Positions 9,901 through 19,216 of a DNA stretch of 28,985 nt are shown in pieces (position 1 is the stretch's first letter; every line of letters starts with the position of its first letter). The notes beneath the pieces were generated by a model. That model was not told the DNA's origin, ran no database searches, and saw nothing but the letters and a program-made list of their open reading frames with translations. This stretch comes from an uncultured Nautiliales bacterium (lineage in GTDB: Bacteria > Campylobacterota > Campylobacteria > Campylobacterales > JAADDX01), in contig CAZBVR010000081.1 in assembly GCA_964495415.1 (NCBI GenBank), positions 1-28,985 on the forward strand, given 5' to 3'. Both the position numbers and the translations under genes were made by a program.

Positions 9901-10048
9901 CCGCATAAGCACCCGTTATCATAATTTTGTCAAGAGTAGAAGGAGGAAACAACTCCTTCGCAACTCTCTGATAAGATAAAATTGATAAAAAGATAAGAAT
10001 CAAAAAAATTGTGTGAGTTAAAACCGCCCTATCTATAAAAAATCTCAA
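6998..10048 (-). CDS. RND-family transporter permease (AcrB/AcrD/AcrF-like)
   Basis: 1016 aa with the 1+5 TM twice pattern and two large periplasmic loops; ELFP, GMIVDEAIVVAENI, RVRPILLTSVTT. TTG start overlaps the upstream TGA. Confidence 0.92.
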   Translation of the reverse strand: MRFFIDRAVLTHTIFLILIFLSILSYQRVAKELFPPSTLDKIMITGAYAGASSDTLNKIAVTPIEDRIKNYAEVSSVESVILNGSFSIVADIKPNNDLTSLLSDFKSEVSQIRSNLPSDMSEPSVSIVKKAFPLITVTIAGDIDKFKLLDIANKLKERLLVLKELSKIQIDGDGDRELSITLNSDKIEALGLDKTQVLSVLSSISSITPIGKVEDTTQYYLSMKNIKDIDKIRNIKLNIGGKSVRLGDIATLSYDIETPSTLGKFNGVKDVSLTIKKGESGDAIALSKRIRKITKEFSKHYPKLKFGFSMDTSVWVKNRLNTVVSNIVFGLILVFFAMWIFINRRISFVVSIGIPTSFAIALLFLDYLDFSLNLLSMLGALIALGMIVDEAIVVAENIQRHLEMGKDRVSAAIDGTKEVFWPVLASAMTTIFAFLPLLMIKGEIGIFLKIIPVMITILILSSVLEAFIFLPLHSKEMLLAGDSKKEIWDKIDLGYKKVLHLLLKYRYFSILLFLVGIPFLIVAGMKHSKFQLFPDFDTTQIYVKGSFDSNNTIYDTFKNVSKIENVLKKELGGNDIKSFTTIVGMKLNGKSNIDSAPNNFHIFVDLYDRVPNDFYNKYIAPLIMPVASNPEDVRRVKSAQQLAKELQEKYKKMGIKMADLSVEVPRAGMVKSDILISLTETNNSKLVADIARVKRELEKIKGVHSIYDDATLGAKLLKIEINGYGQELGFTQQNIVSQLRGYFSDGEFGKTIDKEVIKIRLKDIDKDRFRFLENFRVVVPNSGKEILLSEIANFYIENNFKKLNKYDGVLAKSVYANLDKKVITTAEVYKKIAPLLNQLRSEGVKVTIGGAKKVSKEFMRDIKFAGIVAIVLIFITLVAMFNSVLLPFVVISVIPLSFLGVIIGNMIMHMNFTMIGMIGVVGLAGIVVNDGIIMIDFLKDVKNREELEEKASFRVRPILLTSVTTILGLATLIFYPFGQSVILQPLAIAIGFGLAFSTILNLFYLPLFFAILRKIK

Positions 10049-10326
10049 TGATTTACTCCATTTTTATATTTTATTTTTTGAATTTTCTCTCTTAAAACAT
10101 CATTTTCAAATTTTAAAGCAAAATAACTTTTTTCTAATCTATCTATATTGAGAGAGGTCAAATAGATATGATTTGAAAGATAAATTTTTGGAATAAATAG
10201 AAACAAAACAACTATAATAACAAAAGCTGTAACCAAAACTGCTGTTAAGTTGATATTTTCATCAATAATAAAAACTCTATCTAAATCCTCTAATAAGGCC
10301 TCTCTCTCTCTATATTCTATTTCCAT
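10045..10326 (-). CDS. Small bitopic membrane protein, probable FtsL-like
   Basis: Short cytoplasmic N-terminus, one TM helix (about aa 27-46), C-terminal heptad coiled coil; directly downstream of rsmH, the canonical ftsL position. Confidence 0.55.
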   Translation of the reverse strand: MEIEYREREALLEDLDRVFIIDENINLTAVLVTAFVIIVVLFLFIPKIYLSNHIYLTSLNIDRLEKSYFALKFENDVLREKIQKIKYKNGVNH

Positions 10327-10336
10327 TCAATCCCCC

Positions 10337-11269
10337 TTACTCTTCCCCTTTAAATGAAAAAGCTCTTAACTTTGCACTTCTGCTCCTTGGATTTAATGAC
10401 AGCTCCTTCTGTGATGCAACTATTGGCTTTTTAGTAATAATTTTCCCCTTCTCATTATTACCTCCACACTCGCATCTAAAAGCATCTGCTGGACAGATAC
10501 ATCTTTTCGCCCACTCTTTGAATTTTTGTTTAACAATTCTATCTTCCAAAGAGTGGAAGGTAATTATAGATAGTATCGTCCCTTTTTGTGCAATGTTTAG
10601 AGATTTTTCTAAAACAGCCTCCAACTCCTCCAATTCTGAATTAACTTCTATTCTAATAGCTTGGAAAATTTGAGTAGCAGGGTGTATCTTCCTTCGAGGC
10701 ACAAAAGTTTCAATAAATTGAGCTAACTCTTTTGAAGTTTCGAATTTTTTCTCCTTTCTTCTTTCTACAATTTTTTCTGCTATCTTTTTAGCAAATCTCT
10801 CCTCTCCATAAACTTTAAAAATAGTTTCCAACTGAGTAACAGAGTAGTAATTTACTACATCTTTTGCACTAAATTGTTGAGAGCGATTCATTCTCATATC
10901 TAAGGTCTCACCCTCAAAATTGAAACCTCTCTCTCTTTCATCTAATTGAAAACTACTCACTCCTATATCTGCCAATATACCTCTTATCGGCATATCTTTA
11001 AACTGATTTAAAACTTCTGAGGCTCTGGAATGAAAAAATTGCACTCTATCACCAAATTTCTCCAATCTCTTTTTAGAAAAGTTTAAAGCTTCTATATCTT
11101 GGTCAATTGCTAAAAGTTTTATCTGTGGATAATTTATTAAAATAGCCTCACTATGACCACCAAAACCACAAGTGCAATCAATAAAATAGCCCTCGTCCCA
11201 CTTCTGCAAAGGAGAAAATATATCTACAACTTCATCTAATAAAACAGGAATATGAGGAATAGTATTCAA
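10337..11269 (-). CDS. rsmH: 16S rRNA m4C1402 methyltransferase RsmH (MraW)
   Basis: HIPVLLDE, DCTCGFGGHS, DIGVSSFQLD, FQAIRIEVNSEL, ITFHSLEDRIVK, NPRSRSAKLR. TTG start. Confidence 0.96.
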   Translation of the reverse strand: MNTIPHIPVLLDEVVDIFSPLQKWDEGYFIDCTCGFGGHSEAILINYPQIKLLAIDQDIEALNFSKKRLEKFGDRVQFFHSRASEVLNQFKDMPIRGILADIGVSSFQLDERERGFNFEGETLDMRMNRSQQFSAKDVVNYYSVTQLETIFKVYGEERFAKKIAEKIVERRKEKKFETSKELAQFIETFVPRRKIHPATQIFQAIRIEVNSELEELEAVLEKSLNIAQKGTILSIITFHSLEDRIVKQKFKEWAKRCICPADAFRCECGGNNEKGKIITKKPIVASQKELSLNPRSRSAKLRAFSFKGEE

Positions 11270-11284
11270 TAAATGACCTTTTTT

Positions 11285-11300
11285 TGATAAAATTATATCA
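11285..11300. promoter_or_regulatory. Interlocked divergent extended -10 promoters (rsmH operon / aldolase-like gene)
   Basis: Plus TGaTAAAAT at 11285-11293; minus TGaTATAAT at 11300-11292. Confidence 0.6.
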
Positions 11301-11348
11301 AATATAAATGTCTAATCTATGACAAATTCAAAAAAATAGGAAAGATAA

Positions 11349-11906
11349 ATGAAAGAAACTATAAAAAAAGATTATGAACTTATACTCGATACTCTTTTTC
11401 AAAAGGGTTTATTCCATACATACCAAACTTCATTCTCTGTAAGAACAGAAAATGATAGATTTATTATCAATAAACGAGATATTATATTTACTGAGAAAGA
11501 TATATTTACAGAGGTTCATTATAAAGAGGACCTTTCTTGGAAAGAGGCAAGTCACGATATACATATCCATTCACATATTTATCAAAGGATATCAACTGCA
11601 AAATGTATAGCTCATATCTTCCCAATCAATTTGGTAACTTATAGTCTTTATCATCATAAATTCAAGCCTTTGGATTTCTATGGTAAAAAAGTGATAGGAG
11701 CAAAGGAGATTTATGAAATCGAAAATATAAACAATATAAACGAGGAGATTGAAAAAATTATCTATCCAAAGATGTTTAATGAAAATGTGTTTATTATTCA
11801 AGGATATGGAGCTTATCTGTTTGATAGAGATTTAAAAGAGTTGGCAAAAAAGGCTTCTATTTTAGAGAATAGTGCAACTATACTCCTTAAAGTTAAAAAT
11901 GTTTAA
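11349..11906 (+). CDS. Class II aldolase/adducin family protein, probably degenerate
   Basis: Family pattern SVR...FII, EASHDIHIHSHIY, CIAH, FIIQGYG, ILENSA; the Zn-ligand histidines are partly substituted. Confidence 0.7.
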   Translation: MKETIKKDYELILDTLFQKGLFHTYQTSFSVRTENDRFIINKRDIIFTEKDIFTEVHYKEDLSWKEASHDIHIHSHIYQRISTAKCIAHIFPINLVTYSLYHHKFKPLDFYGKKVIGAKEIYEIENINNINEEIEKIIYPKMFNENVFIIQGYGAYLFDRDLKELAKKASILENSATILLKVKNV

Positions 11907-11930
11907 AAAAAGAAAAAGGAGAAAAAGGGG

Positions 11931-13511
11931 TTAAAGTTGTGGCCCCGCTTTTTTGTAGATATCACTATTTTTTGCCCCTTCATATCTTGCGAAGTTTTTA
12001 ATAAACATATCAGCTAATTTTTTTAATTGAGCATCATAAGCCTCTTTATCTTCCCAAGTGTTTCGAGGATTTAAAACATTATTATCTGCTACTCCCTCTA
12101 ACTCTTTTGGAATTTGTAGGTCAAAAACTGGTAAAGTTTCAAATTCAGCCTCATTTATGCTTCCATTTAAAATTCCATTGATACATGCTCTTGTGTCTTT
12201 TATGCTCATTTTTTTACCAACTCCATATGGACCACCTGTCCAACCTGTATTAACAAGATAAACATTTACTTGATGTTTATCAATTTTTTCACCAAGCAGT
12301 TTAGCATAATCTGTTGGATGTAAAGGTAAAAAAGGCTCTCCAAAACAAGCACTAAATGTTGCAACTGGCTCTGTAATACCTCTTTCTGTTCCTGCCACTT
12401 TTGCAGTATATCCACTTAAAAAGTAATACATAGCCTGCTCTTTTGTAAGTTTTGAAACTGGTGGCAATACTCCAAAAGCATCCGCTGTTAAAAAGATGAT
12501 ATTTTTAGGGTGCCCTCCTTTTAAAGTGCATTCATGATTTTCTATATGCTCTATTGTATATGAAACTCTTGTATTCTCTGTTTTGCTTCCATCTGCAAAA
12601 TCAACATCACCATTATCTTTAATCACAACATTTTCAAGTAGAGCACCTCTTTTGATTGCTCCATAAATCTCTGGCTCACTTTTTGGGTCAAGATTGATTA
12701 CTTTTGCATAACAACCTCCCTCAAAGTTAAACACTCCTTCATCATCCCATCCATGCTCATCATCACCTATTAACTTTCTTTCTGGGTCTGTTGATAATGT
12801 AGTTTTCCCTGTTCCGCTCAGTCCAAAGAATAGAGCCACATCACCATCTTTTCCTATATTTGCACTACAATGCATAGATAGTTTTCCTTCAAGAGGAAGC
12901 CAATAGTTCATCATTGTGAAGATACCTTTTTTCATCTCTCCACCATAAAGAGTTCCACCCATTACCGCTATGTTTTCTTCAATGTTAAAAGCGATAAAAA
13001 CTTCACTATTTAATCCCTGCTCTTTCCACTTATCATTTTTTACACCGCTCGCTACATAAAAAGTGAAATCTGGTTTAAACTCTTTTAACTCCTCCTCTGT
13101 CGGAACAACAAACATATTTGTTACAAAATGTGCTTGCCAAGCTGTTTTAGTTACAAATCTAATAGCTCTTCTACTATTTCCGACTCCTGTAAAAACATCT
13201 ACTATATATAAATCACTATTTGATAACTCTTTTCTTGAAATATCAAGTAAATGCTCAAACACCTCTTTTGAGATAGGTTGATTTATATCTCCCCAAGCAA
13301 TATGTTTTTCACTCGGCGGTTGTTTTACGAAGTATTTATCTTTTGGACTTCTTCCTGTAAAAATACCGGTATCAACAGCAGTTGCTCCCAAACTCGTTTC
13401 CGCAACCTCTCCTCTCTTCAAAGTTTCATCTATTAGCTTATCATAACTTGGATTATAAATAATGTTACCTATATTCTCCAACTTTAAATCTTCTAAATGA
13501 TTTGGTTTCAC
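11931..13511 (-). CDS. pckA: Phosphoenolpyruvate carboxykinase (ATP)
   Basis: [22 protein letters not shown], Walker [36 protein letters not shown] start with RBS AAGGA. Confidence 0.97.
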   Translation of the reverse strand: MKPNHLEDLKLENIGNIIYNPSYDKLIDETLKRGEVAETSLGATAVDTGIFTGRSPKDKYFVKQPPSEKHIAWGDINQPISKEVFEHLLDISRKELSNSDLYIVDVFTGVGNSRRAIRFVTKTAWQAHFVTNMFVVPTEEELKEFKPDFTFYVASGVKNDKWKEQGLNSEVFIAFNIEENIAVMGGTLYGGEMKKGIFTMMNYWLPLEGKLSMHCSANIGKDGDVALFFGLSGTGKTTLSTDPERKLIGDDEHGWDDEGVFNFEGGCYAKVINLDPKSEPEIYGAIKRGALLENVVIKDNGDVDFADGSKTENTRVSYTIEHIENHECTLKGGHPKNIIFLTADAFGVLPPVSKLTKEQAMYYFLSGYTAKVAGTERGITEPVATFSACFGEPFLPLHPTDYAKLLGEKIDKHQVNVYLVNTGWTGGPYGVGKKMSIKDTRACINGILNGSINEAEFETLPVFDLQIPKELEGVADNNVLNPRNTWEDKEAYDAQLKKLADMFIKNFARYEGAKNSDIYKKAGPQL

Positions 13512-13527
13512 TTTTTATTCCTTTTTT

Positions 13528-14382
13528 CTATTTTTTGTTTCTGTTATTATAGTATTTTTTTTTTGAATTGTAACTAAATTGTCTAAATTTTATAATATAA
13601 ATTGAAAATCCTGCCAATATCATTACAAAACTTAACAACTCTCCCATTGTAAAATGGGCAAAAATAAATCCTAACTGAGGGTCTGGCTCTCTAAAAAGTT
13701 CGCAAAAACTTCTAAACAATCCATACAAAATCATATATAAAGCGATTAACTCTCCCTTAAATTTTTTTCGTTTTCTATATAGGAAAAGAATTATAAATAG
13801 AAAGAATCCCTCAATAAAAGCTTCATACAACTGAGAGGGGTGTCTTAATTGCCCTGCAACATAGATACCCCACGGAACTTCTGTAACTCTTCCAATCAAC
13901 TCCTGATTTAAAAAGTTACCAATTCGTCCAAACAGATATCCCGCTGGAACAGCCACTGCAACAATATCTAACAACTCCCATAAATCAACTCTCTTTATTT
14001 TAGAGTAAAGAATGGTCGCTATGGCAAATCCTATCACCGCCCCGTGGTAACTCATTCCCCTAATTCCTACAAACTCTCCATTTGAAAAGGGATTAAACAT
14101 CTCCCACGGATGCAAAAAGTAGTAACTATTATCTGGAACATAGAAGATAAAATAACCTATCCTTGCACCTAAAATAACTCCCACCTCTACCCAAATAAAG
14201 TAGTCATCTAAAATTTGCTCACTGATAGATAGGTTATCCTTTTTAACAAGATATTTCGCAACATATAGAGCAACTAAAAGTGCCAATATATACATTATTC
14301 CATACCAATGAACCTTAAAACCAAAAATAGAGAAGGCTATGGGATTAAAATGCTCATAGATATGATTCCAAAACTCTATCAC
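13528..14382 (-). CDS. lgt: Prolipoprotein diacylglyceryl transferase
   Basis: [59 protein letters not shown] start overlaps the dnaJ stop. Confidence 0.96.
   Translation of the reverse strand: MIEFWNHIYEHFNPIAFSIFGFKVHWYGIMYILALLVALYVAKYLVKKDNLSISEQILDDYFIWVEVGVILGARIGYFIFYVPDNSYYFLHPWEMFNPFSNGEFVGIRGMSYHGAVIGFAIATILYSKIKRVDLWELLDIVAVAVPAGYLFGRIGNFLNQELIGRVTEVPWGIYVAGQLRHPSQLYEAFIEGFFLFIILFLYRKRKKFKGELIALYMILYGLFRSFCELFREPDPQLGFIFAHFTMGELLSFVMILAGFSIYIIKFRQFSYNSKKKYYNNRNKK
13546..13551 (-). promoter_or_regulatory. Candidate pckA -10 box (TATAAT) inside the lgt 3' tail
   Basis: Minus-strand TATAAT 35 nt upstream of the pckA GTG, preceded by an A10 run. Confidence 0.45.
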
Positions 14383-15467
14383 TTAAACCATCCTTTAACC
14401 TTCTCAATAGCTTCTTCAAAGATAGATTTGTGAGGATGAACCTCTTTTCCAAAAGATTTATGAAGTTTTTCCAATAACTCCCTCTGCTCCTCATTTAACT
14501 TAGTTGGATATACAATTTTTAAAACCGCAATCAGATTGCCTTTTATTCCACTATGCACATCTGGTATTCCTTCGCCTTTAAAAAGATATTTAGTTCCATC
14601 TTCTGTATGAGGTTTTATCTCCAACTCCTTCTCTCCATTTAAAGTAGGAATTATGATTTTATCTCCTAAAATAGCACTTGTAAAAAATAGTGGAACCTCC
14701 ACATAAACATCATTTTTTACTCTTTTAAATACCTTATCTTCTTTAACATCAACCTCTACATAAAGGTCTCCTCTTCTTCTTTCAAAATCCTCATTTCCTC
14801 TACCTGCCACTCTCATAGTCATTCCACTATCAATTCCTGCTGGTAAAGTTATTTCAACTTTATCTTTTACAACTTTATATCCCGCTCCTTTACACTCATC
14901 ACAATACTCATCAATAATAGTTCCCCTTCCTTTACACTCTGGGCAAGTTTGAGAGATACTCATAAATCCGTGTCTAACAAAAATCTCTCCCGCCCCATTA
15001 CAAACTGGACAAGTGTGGGACTTTTTAGCCCCCGTTCCATTACATTTGTTACATATCTGAAAATACTCAAACTCTATCTCTTTTTTTGTTCCGAAAACCG
15101 CCTCTTTAAAATCTATCTCCAACTGATACAAAATATCTAAATTATATTCCGGAGTTCTCTCTCTTTTTCTTCTGCCTTTTGAGCCAAAAAATGTTTCAAA
15201 AATATCTTCCCATCCGCCAAAACCTGAACTACCTCCTGTTTCTCCATTCAATCCCGCTTTTCCATATCTATCATAGATTGCTCTCTTCTTATCATCACTC
15301 AAAACCTCATATGCTTCATTTATCTTTTTAAACATCTCTTCGGCTTCTTTATCTCCCGGATTTTTATCTGGGTGATATTTCATAGCCAATTTTCTGAATG
15401 CCTTTTTTATCTCAGCTTTTGTTGCACTTTTTGATACTTGAAGTATTTCATAATACTCTAAACCCAC
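14379..15467 (-). CDS. dnaJ: Chaperone DnaJ
   Basis: J domain with HPD, short G/F region, four CxxCxGxG repeats, C-terminal domain. GTG start with RBS AAGGAG. Confidence 0.97.
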   Translation of the reverse strand: MGLEYYEILQVSKSATKAEIKKAFRKLAMKYHPDKNPGDKEAEEMFKKINEAYEVLSDDKKRAIYDRYGKAGLNGETGGSSGFGGWEDIFETFFGSKGRRKRERTPEYNLDILYQLEIDFKEAVFGTKKEIEFEYFQICNKCNGTGAKKSHTCPVCNGAGEIFVRHGFMSISQTCPECKGRGTIIDEYCDECKGAGYKVVKDKVEITLPAGIDSGMTMRVAGRGNEDFERRRGDLYVEVDVKEDKVFKRVKNDVYVEVPLFFTSAILGDKIIIPTLNGEKELEIKPHTEDGTKYLFKGEGIPDVHSGIKGNLIAVLKIVYPTKLNEEQRELLEKLHKSFGKEVHPHKSIFEEAIEKVKGWFK

Positions 15468-15503
15468 TATCTTCTCCTTCTTTTTAATAAATTTTTTGAC
15501 CGA

Positions 15504-15512
15504 ATTATATCA
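15504..15512 (-). promoter_or_regulatory. Extended -10 promoter (TGaTATAAT) for dnaJ-lgt
   Basis: Perfect minus-strand TGATATAAT just after the bamA stop, 36 nt upstream of the dnaJ start. Confidence 0.65.
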
Positions 15513-15515
15513 TTT

Positions 15516-17708
15516 TTAAAAACCACTACCAATTGAAAACTCAAACTTTCTTGTATCATCTCCCTCTTTCTCTCCAATTGGCCAAGCCCAAGTGAAGTTT
15601 AACGGCCCAATAGGGGTTATCCAATCAAAACTTACTCCATAAGAGTTTCTAACTATATTCATACTATTCTCTCCAACTCTACCATTATCCACAAACAGAC
15701 TTAACCACATCTTCTTTTTAATACTAACCGGCAATGACAACTCTACTGAGTTTAACATCATCTGTTTTCCTCCAATGCTATCTCCTGTTTTATCTTTTGG
15801 AGAGATAGAGCCATAATCATATCCTCTAACGGTTCCTAATCCTCCTAAATAATACTTTTCATTGATAGGAAGATAACCTCTATCTTGAATAAATCCGATT
15901 TTAAATTTATATTTCAAAATTGTAGTTATATCAAACTTATTCTCTAATGAATAGAAAAATTTAGCTAATCCATTCTCTTTTGTGAATTTTTGGTCTCCTC
16001 CAAGTCCCGCATATTGTAAAGAGGCAGACAAACTAACTCCATTTTGTGGAAACCAATAATCATCTGTATTATTAAATCCAATAGATGGTTGAATATAACT
16101 TTTTATACTATTCTCTTTATAATAATCAACTGTGTCATCCTCTATATTTGATAATTTTAGATGTTCATATCCATAGGTGATAGATGCAGATGAGTGTCTT
16201 GTTATTTTTCTACCTGTTGTAAATGAGATACCCTGTCTGTTTGAATCATATGAGTACCCCTCAAAATCGTTGTTATAAACAGATGTTGAAAGAAAATAGT
16301 TACTATCTAAAACCCTTGGGTTTTTTAGAGTAACTGAGTATTTTGTTGTCGCAGATGATTTTTCAAAATCCAAAGATAAACTCTGACCACTTCCAAAGAT
16401 ATTTTTTTCACTAACATTCACATTAAAACCAAATTTAGAATAACTATTCCAACTGATACCCGCTCTTAAACTTCCAGTTAGCCCCTCTTTTACTTTAACT
16501 AAAATTTTCATATGGGTATCATCAATAGGAATCTCCTCCAATTGAACATCATCAAAATAACCTGTTCTTTTCAGAGAGTTAATAGTATCCTCTTTATCTG
16601 TCAAAGAGTAGAGATAGTTTGGAGCCAAATAGATATTTCTACGAATAACTCTATCCAATGTTTTTGAATTTCCCTCTATCTCTACATCTGAAATATAAAC
16701 CTTTTTCCCTGTAACTATTTTATAAGTAACATCAACTACATTATTATCTCTTTTCTTAATATCTGGATAAACTTTTACATAAGCATATCCCAAATCAGCA
16801 ACCGCCCTTTTTAAAAGAGAAATATCCTTTCTTAATCTATTAACATTAAAATAGAACCCACCAATAAGATGCAAATCAGAGTAATAATTGTCCAACTTTA
16901 CCTCTTGATTATCTTCTACTGAAATTGAAACCTTTCCAACTCTATATCTTACCCCCTCTTTAACTTTATACTCCAACTCCCCTTTATTGGAATCAAAATT
17001 TGCCACAAAGAAGGGTTGAGAAACCTCAACATCTAAATACCCTTTTGAAAGATAGTAGTTTTTTATAGATTGAGAGTCTGTTAATAATCCCTGAATATGA
17101 AACTCTCCACTATTCATAAAAGGAAGCCACCACAGCGGGTCTCTATCTTTGTTAATCAGCTCTTCTTTGATATCAGAAACTTTCTCCTTCTTCACTCCAT
17201 AAAACTTCAACTTATCAATAACAATCGATTCCCCCTTATTGATATTGATAGTTAAAATAATTCCATTTCCAACTCTTTTTTTATCGAAAACAACAATGGT
17301 ATTAAACTCCCCTTTTGCATCATAATAATTAACTATAAAGTTTTTAATCTCTTCCAATTTTTGCTCTGAAAATATCATTCCCTTTTTAATTTTATCTTTA
17401 AGAATCTCTTTTAAATCAGTAGATACATTTTTATACTCTATTTTCAAAATTGCTGGTTTTTCTGTAAATTTGTAAATCAATACACCATCTTTATACTCAG
17501 CTTTTATCTGTTTAAAATAGTTATAACTATAAAATTTCTTAATCGTTTTATCAACCTTCTCTAAGTTTAGAGAATCTCCACTCTGAATTAAAGATATCTC
17601 TTTTGCTGTAATTGGAGACAAGTGTTTTAATCCAATAAATTCTATTTTATTTACAATTTGATTATCTGCTAATAAAATTATTGGTGCTAAAAATAGTAAC
17701 CTCTTCAT
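15516..17708 (-). CDS. bamA: Outer membrane protein assembly factor BamA
   Basis: Signal peptide MKRLLFLAPIILLA (start ATG 17708, RBS AAAGG), POTRA repeats (GNSKTLDRVIRR), NIFGSGQ, L6 motif VRGY, beta-signal ending FEFSIGSGF. Confidence 0.95.
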   Translation of the reverse strand: MKRLLFLAPIILLADNQIVNKIEFIGLKHLSPITAKEISLIQSGDSLNLEKVDKTIKKFYSYNYFKQIKAEYKDGVLIYKFTEKPAILKIEYKNVSTDLKEILKDKIKKGMIFSEQKLEEIKNFIVNYYDAKGEFNTIVVFDKKRVGNGIILTININKGESIVIDKLKFYGVKKEKVSDIKEELINKDRDPLWWLPFMNSGEFHIQGLLTDSQSIKNYYLSKGYLDVEVSQPFFVANFDSNKGELEYKVKEGVRYRVGKVSISVEDNQEVKLDNYYSDLHLIGGFYFNVNRLRKDISLLKRAVADLGYAYVKVYPDIKKRDNNVVDVTYKIVTGKKVYISDVEIEGNSKTLDRVIRRNIYLAPNYLYSLTDKEDTINSLKRTGYFDDVQLEEIPIDDTHMKILVKVKEGLTGSLRAGISWNSYSKFGFNVNVSEKNIFGSGQSLSLDFEKSSATTKYSVTLKNPRVLDSNYFLSTSVYNNDFEGYSYDSNRQGISFTTGRKITRHSSASITYGYEHLKLSNIEDDTVDYYKENSIKSYIQPSIGFNNTDDYWFPQNGVSLSASLQYAGLGGDQKFTKENGLAKFFYSLENKFDITTILKYKFKIGFIQDRGYLPINEKYYLGGLGTVRGYDYGSISPKDKTGDSIGGKQMMLNSVELSLPVSIKKKMWLSLFVDNGRVGENSMNIVRNSYGVSFDWITPIGPLNFTWAWPIGEKEGDDTRKFEFSIGSGF

Positions 17709-17740
17709 TCTTATCAACCTTTTTATAAAAAATGGCAATA

Positions 17741-17763
17741 ATTATACCAAAATTTGATATAAT
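17741..17763. promoter_or_regulatory. Back-to-back extended -10 promoters for bamA (minus) and tyrA (plus)
   Basis: Minus TGgTATAAT at 17749-17741 and plus TGaTATAAT at 17755-17763, 5 bp apart. Confidence 0.65.
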
Positions 17764-17807
17764 CATAACAATTAAGCGGGAAGCTTAGAAAAAGAATGGA
17801 GGATAAT

Positions 17808-18644
17808 ATGAGATTAGGTGTTGTTGGATTAGGATTGATGGGAGGGAGTTTTGCTTTGGCTTGCAAACTATTTTGTGATGTAAAAGAGATATATGGAGTT
17901 GATAATAACAAAAAACATCAAAAGGAAGCCTTAAAACTTAATCTTGTTAATAAAATTATAGAGTTTGAAGAGCTTGTAAAATGTGATGTGATTGTTTTAG
18001 CAATTCCAATATGTGGAATAATTGAGGCTTTAGAAAAATTATCAAAACTATCTCTCCCTGAGAACACTACTATCATAGATTTTGGCTCAACAAAAGAGGA
18101 GATTGTAAAAAGATGTCCTCCAAACATAAGAAAAAATCTTGTAGCCTCTCATCCAATGACAGGAACTGAATTTTCCGGACCAAAATCGGCACTATACAAC
18201 CTATATGAAAATAAAATTATGGTAATGTGCGATATTGAGGAGAGTGGCATACATCAAACAAATGTAGCTTTGGGGCTTTTTGAACAACTCAAAATGAATA
18301 TAAAAATTATGAGTTCATCTGAGCACGATAGACATGCGGCCTTTATATCTCATATGCCTCACATTGTAAGTTACTCTCTTGCCAATTCTGTCCTAAAACA
18401 GGAGGATAAAGAGCATATTGTAGCCCTTGCAGCGGGTGGATTTAAATCGATGTCAAGGTTAGCAAAAAGCAATCCAACAATGTGGAAAGAGATATTTGAA
18501 AGCAATCAAGAGAATCTGTTAGATTCAATAGATGAGTTTCAAAAAGAGTTAAAAAAGGCCAAAAAGATGATAAAAAAAGGGCAATATAAAAAACTATACA
18601 AATGGATGAAAAAAGGAAATAAATTACACTCAATTCTAAAATAA
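17808..18644 (+). CDS. tyrA: Prephenate dehydrogenase
   Basis: Rossmann GLGLMGGS, DFGSTK, HPMTGTEFSG, HDRHAAFISHMPH, GGFKSMSRLAKS. Start set at ATG 17808 after GGAGG. Confidence 0.93.
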   Translation: MRLGVVGLGLMGGSFALACKLFCDVKEIYGVDNNKKHQKEALKLNLVNKIIEFEELVKCDVIVLAIPICGIIEALEKLSKLSLPENTTIIDFGSTKEEIVKRCPPNIRKNLVASHPMTGTEFSGPKSALYNLYENKIMVMCDIEESGIHQTNVALGLFEQLKMNIKIMSSSEHDRHAAFISHMPHIVSYSLANSVLKQEDKEHIVALAAGGFKSMSRLAKSNPTMWKEIFESNQENLLDSIDEFQKELKKAKKMIKKGQYKKLYKWMKKGNKLHSILK

Positions 18645-18655
18645 AGGAGAAAAAG

Positions 18656-19195
18656 ATGATTTTAAGATATAAAGACGATTTTCCAAAAATAGCAAATAGT
18701 GCTTGGATTGCACCAAGTGCGGATATTGTTGGAGATGTTGAGATTGGAGAAGATAGTAGTGTTTGGTTTGGTTGTGTTATAAGAGGAGATGTTCATTATA
18801 TTAGAATAGGAGCAAGAACCTCTGTTCAAGATATGTCAATGATTCATGTTACTCATTTTAAAAAAGAGAAAAAAATTGGAGACGGATACCCTACTATAAT
18901 AGGAGATGATGTAACAATAGCTCACAAAGTTATGTTGCACGGATGCAAAATTGGAAATGCTTGTTTAATTGGAATGAGTGCTACAATTTTAGACGGAGCA
19001 GAGATTGGAGATGAAAGCATCGTAGGAGCGGGAAGTTTGGTAACTAAAAATAAAAAATTCCCTCCTCGAAGTCTAATTATAGGTAGTCCTGCAAAAGTTG
19101 TAAGAGAATTAACAGAAGAGGAGGTTAAATCTATCTATAAAAATGCTGAAAACTATGTTAAATATAAAAACAATTATATAGATGTAATAAGATAA
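18656..19195 (+). CDS. Gamma carbonic anhydrase family protein (YrdA-like)
   Basis: Hexapeptide repeats, RGDV, VQD...IH and IAHKVMLHG retain the three Zn-binding His; C-terminal helix GSPAKVVRELT. Confidence 0.88.
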   Translation: MILRYKDDFPKIANSAWIAPSADIVGDVEIGEDSSVWFGCVIRGDVHYIRIGARTSVQDMSMIHVTHFKKEKKIGDGYPTIIGDDVTIAHKVMLHGCKIGNACLIGMSATILDGAEIGDESIVGAGSLVTKNKKFPPRSLIIGSPAKVVRELTEEEVKSIYKNAENYVKYKNNYIDVIR

Positions 19196-19216
19196 AAAGG
19201 AGAGAGAAGCTCTCTT
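19196..19216 (-). terminator. Weak hairpin between convergent yrdA-like and cinA genes
   Basis: AGAGAG-CTT-CTCTCT stem followed by CCTTTTT on the minus strand; the stem is short and the loop only 3 nt. Confidence 0.3.

Noticed and set aside
15468-15515. CIRCE or HAIR heat-shock operator upstream of dnaJ
   Set aside because: No TTAGCACTC-N9-GAGTGCTAA or CTTGAGT-N7-ACTCAAG match; only an extended -10 is present.
17709-17807. Longer starts for bamA (17738) and tyrA (17796)
   Set aside because: RBS placement, signal peptide and Rossmann-fold start support 17708 and 17808.
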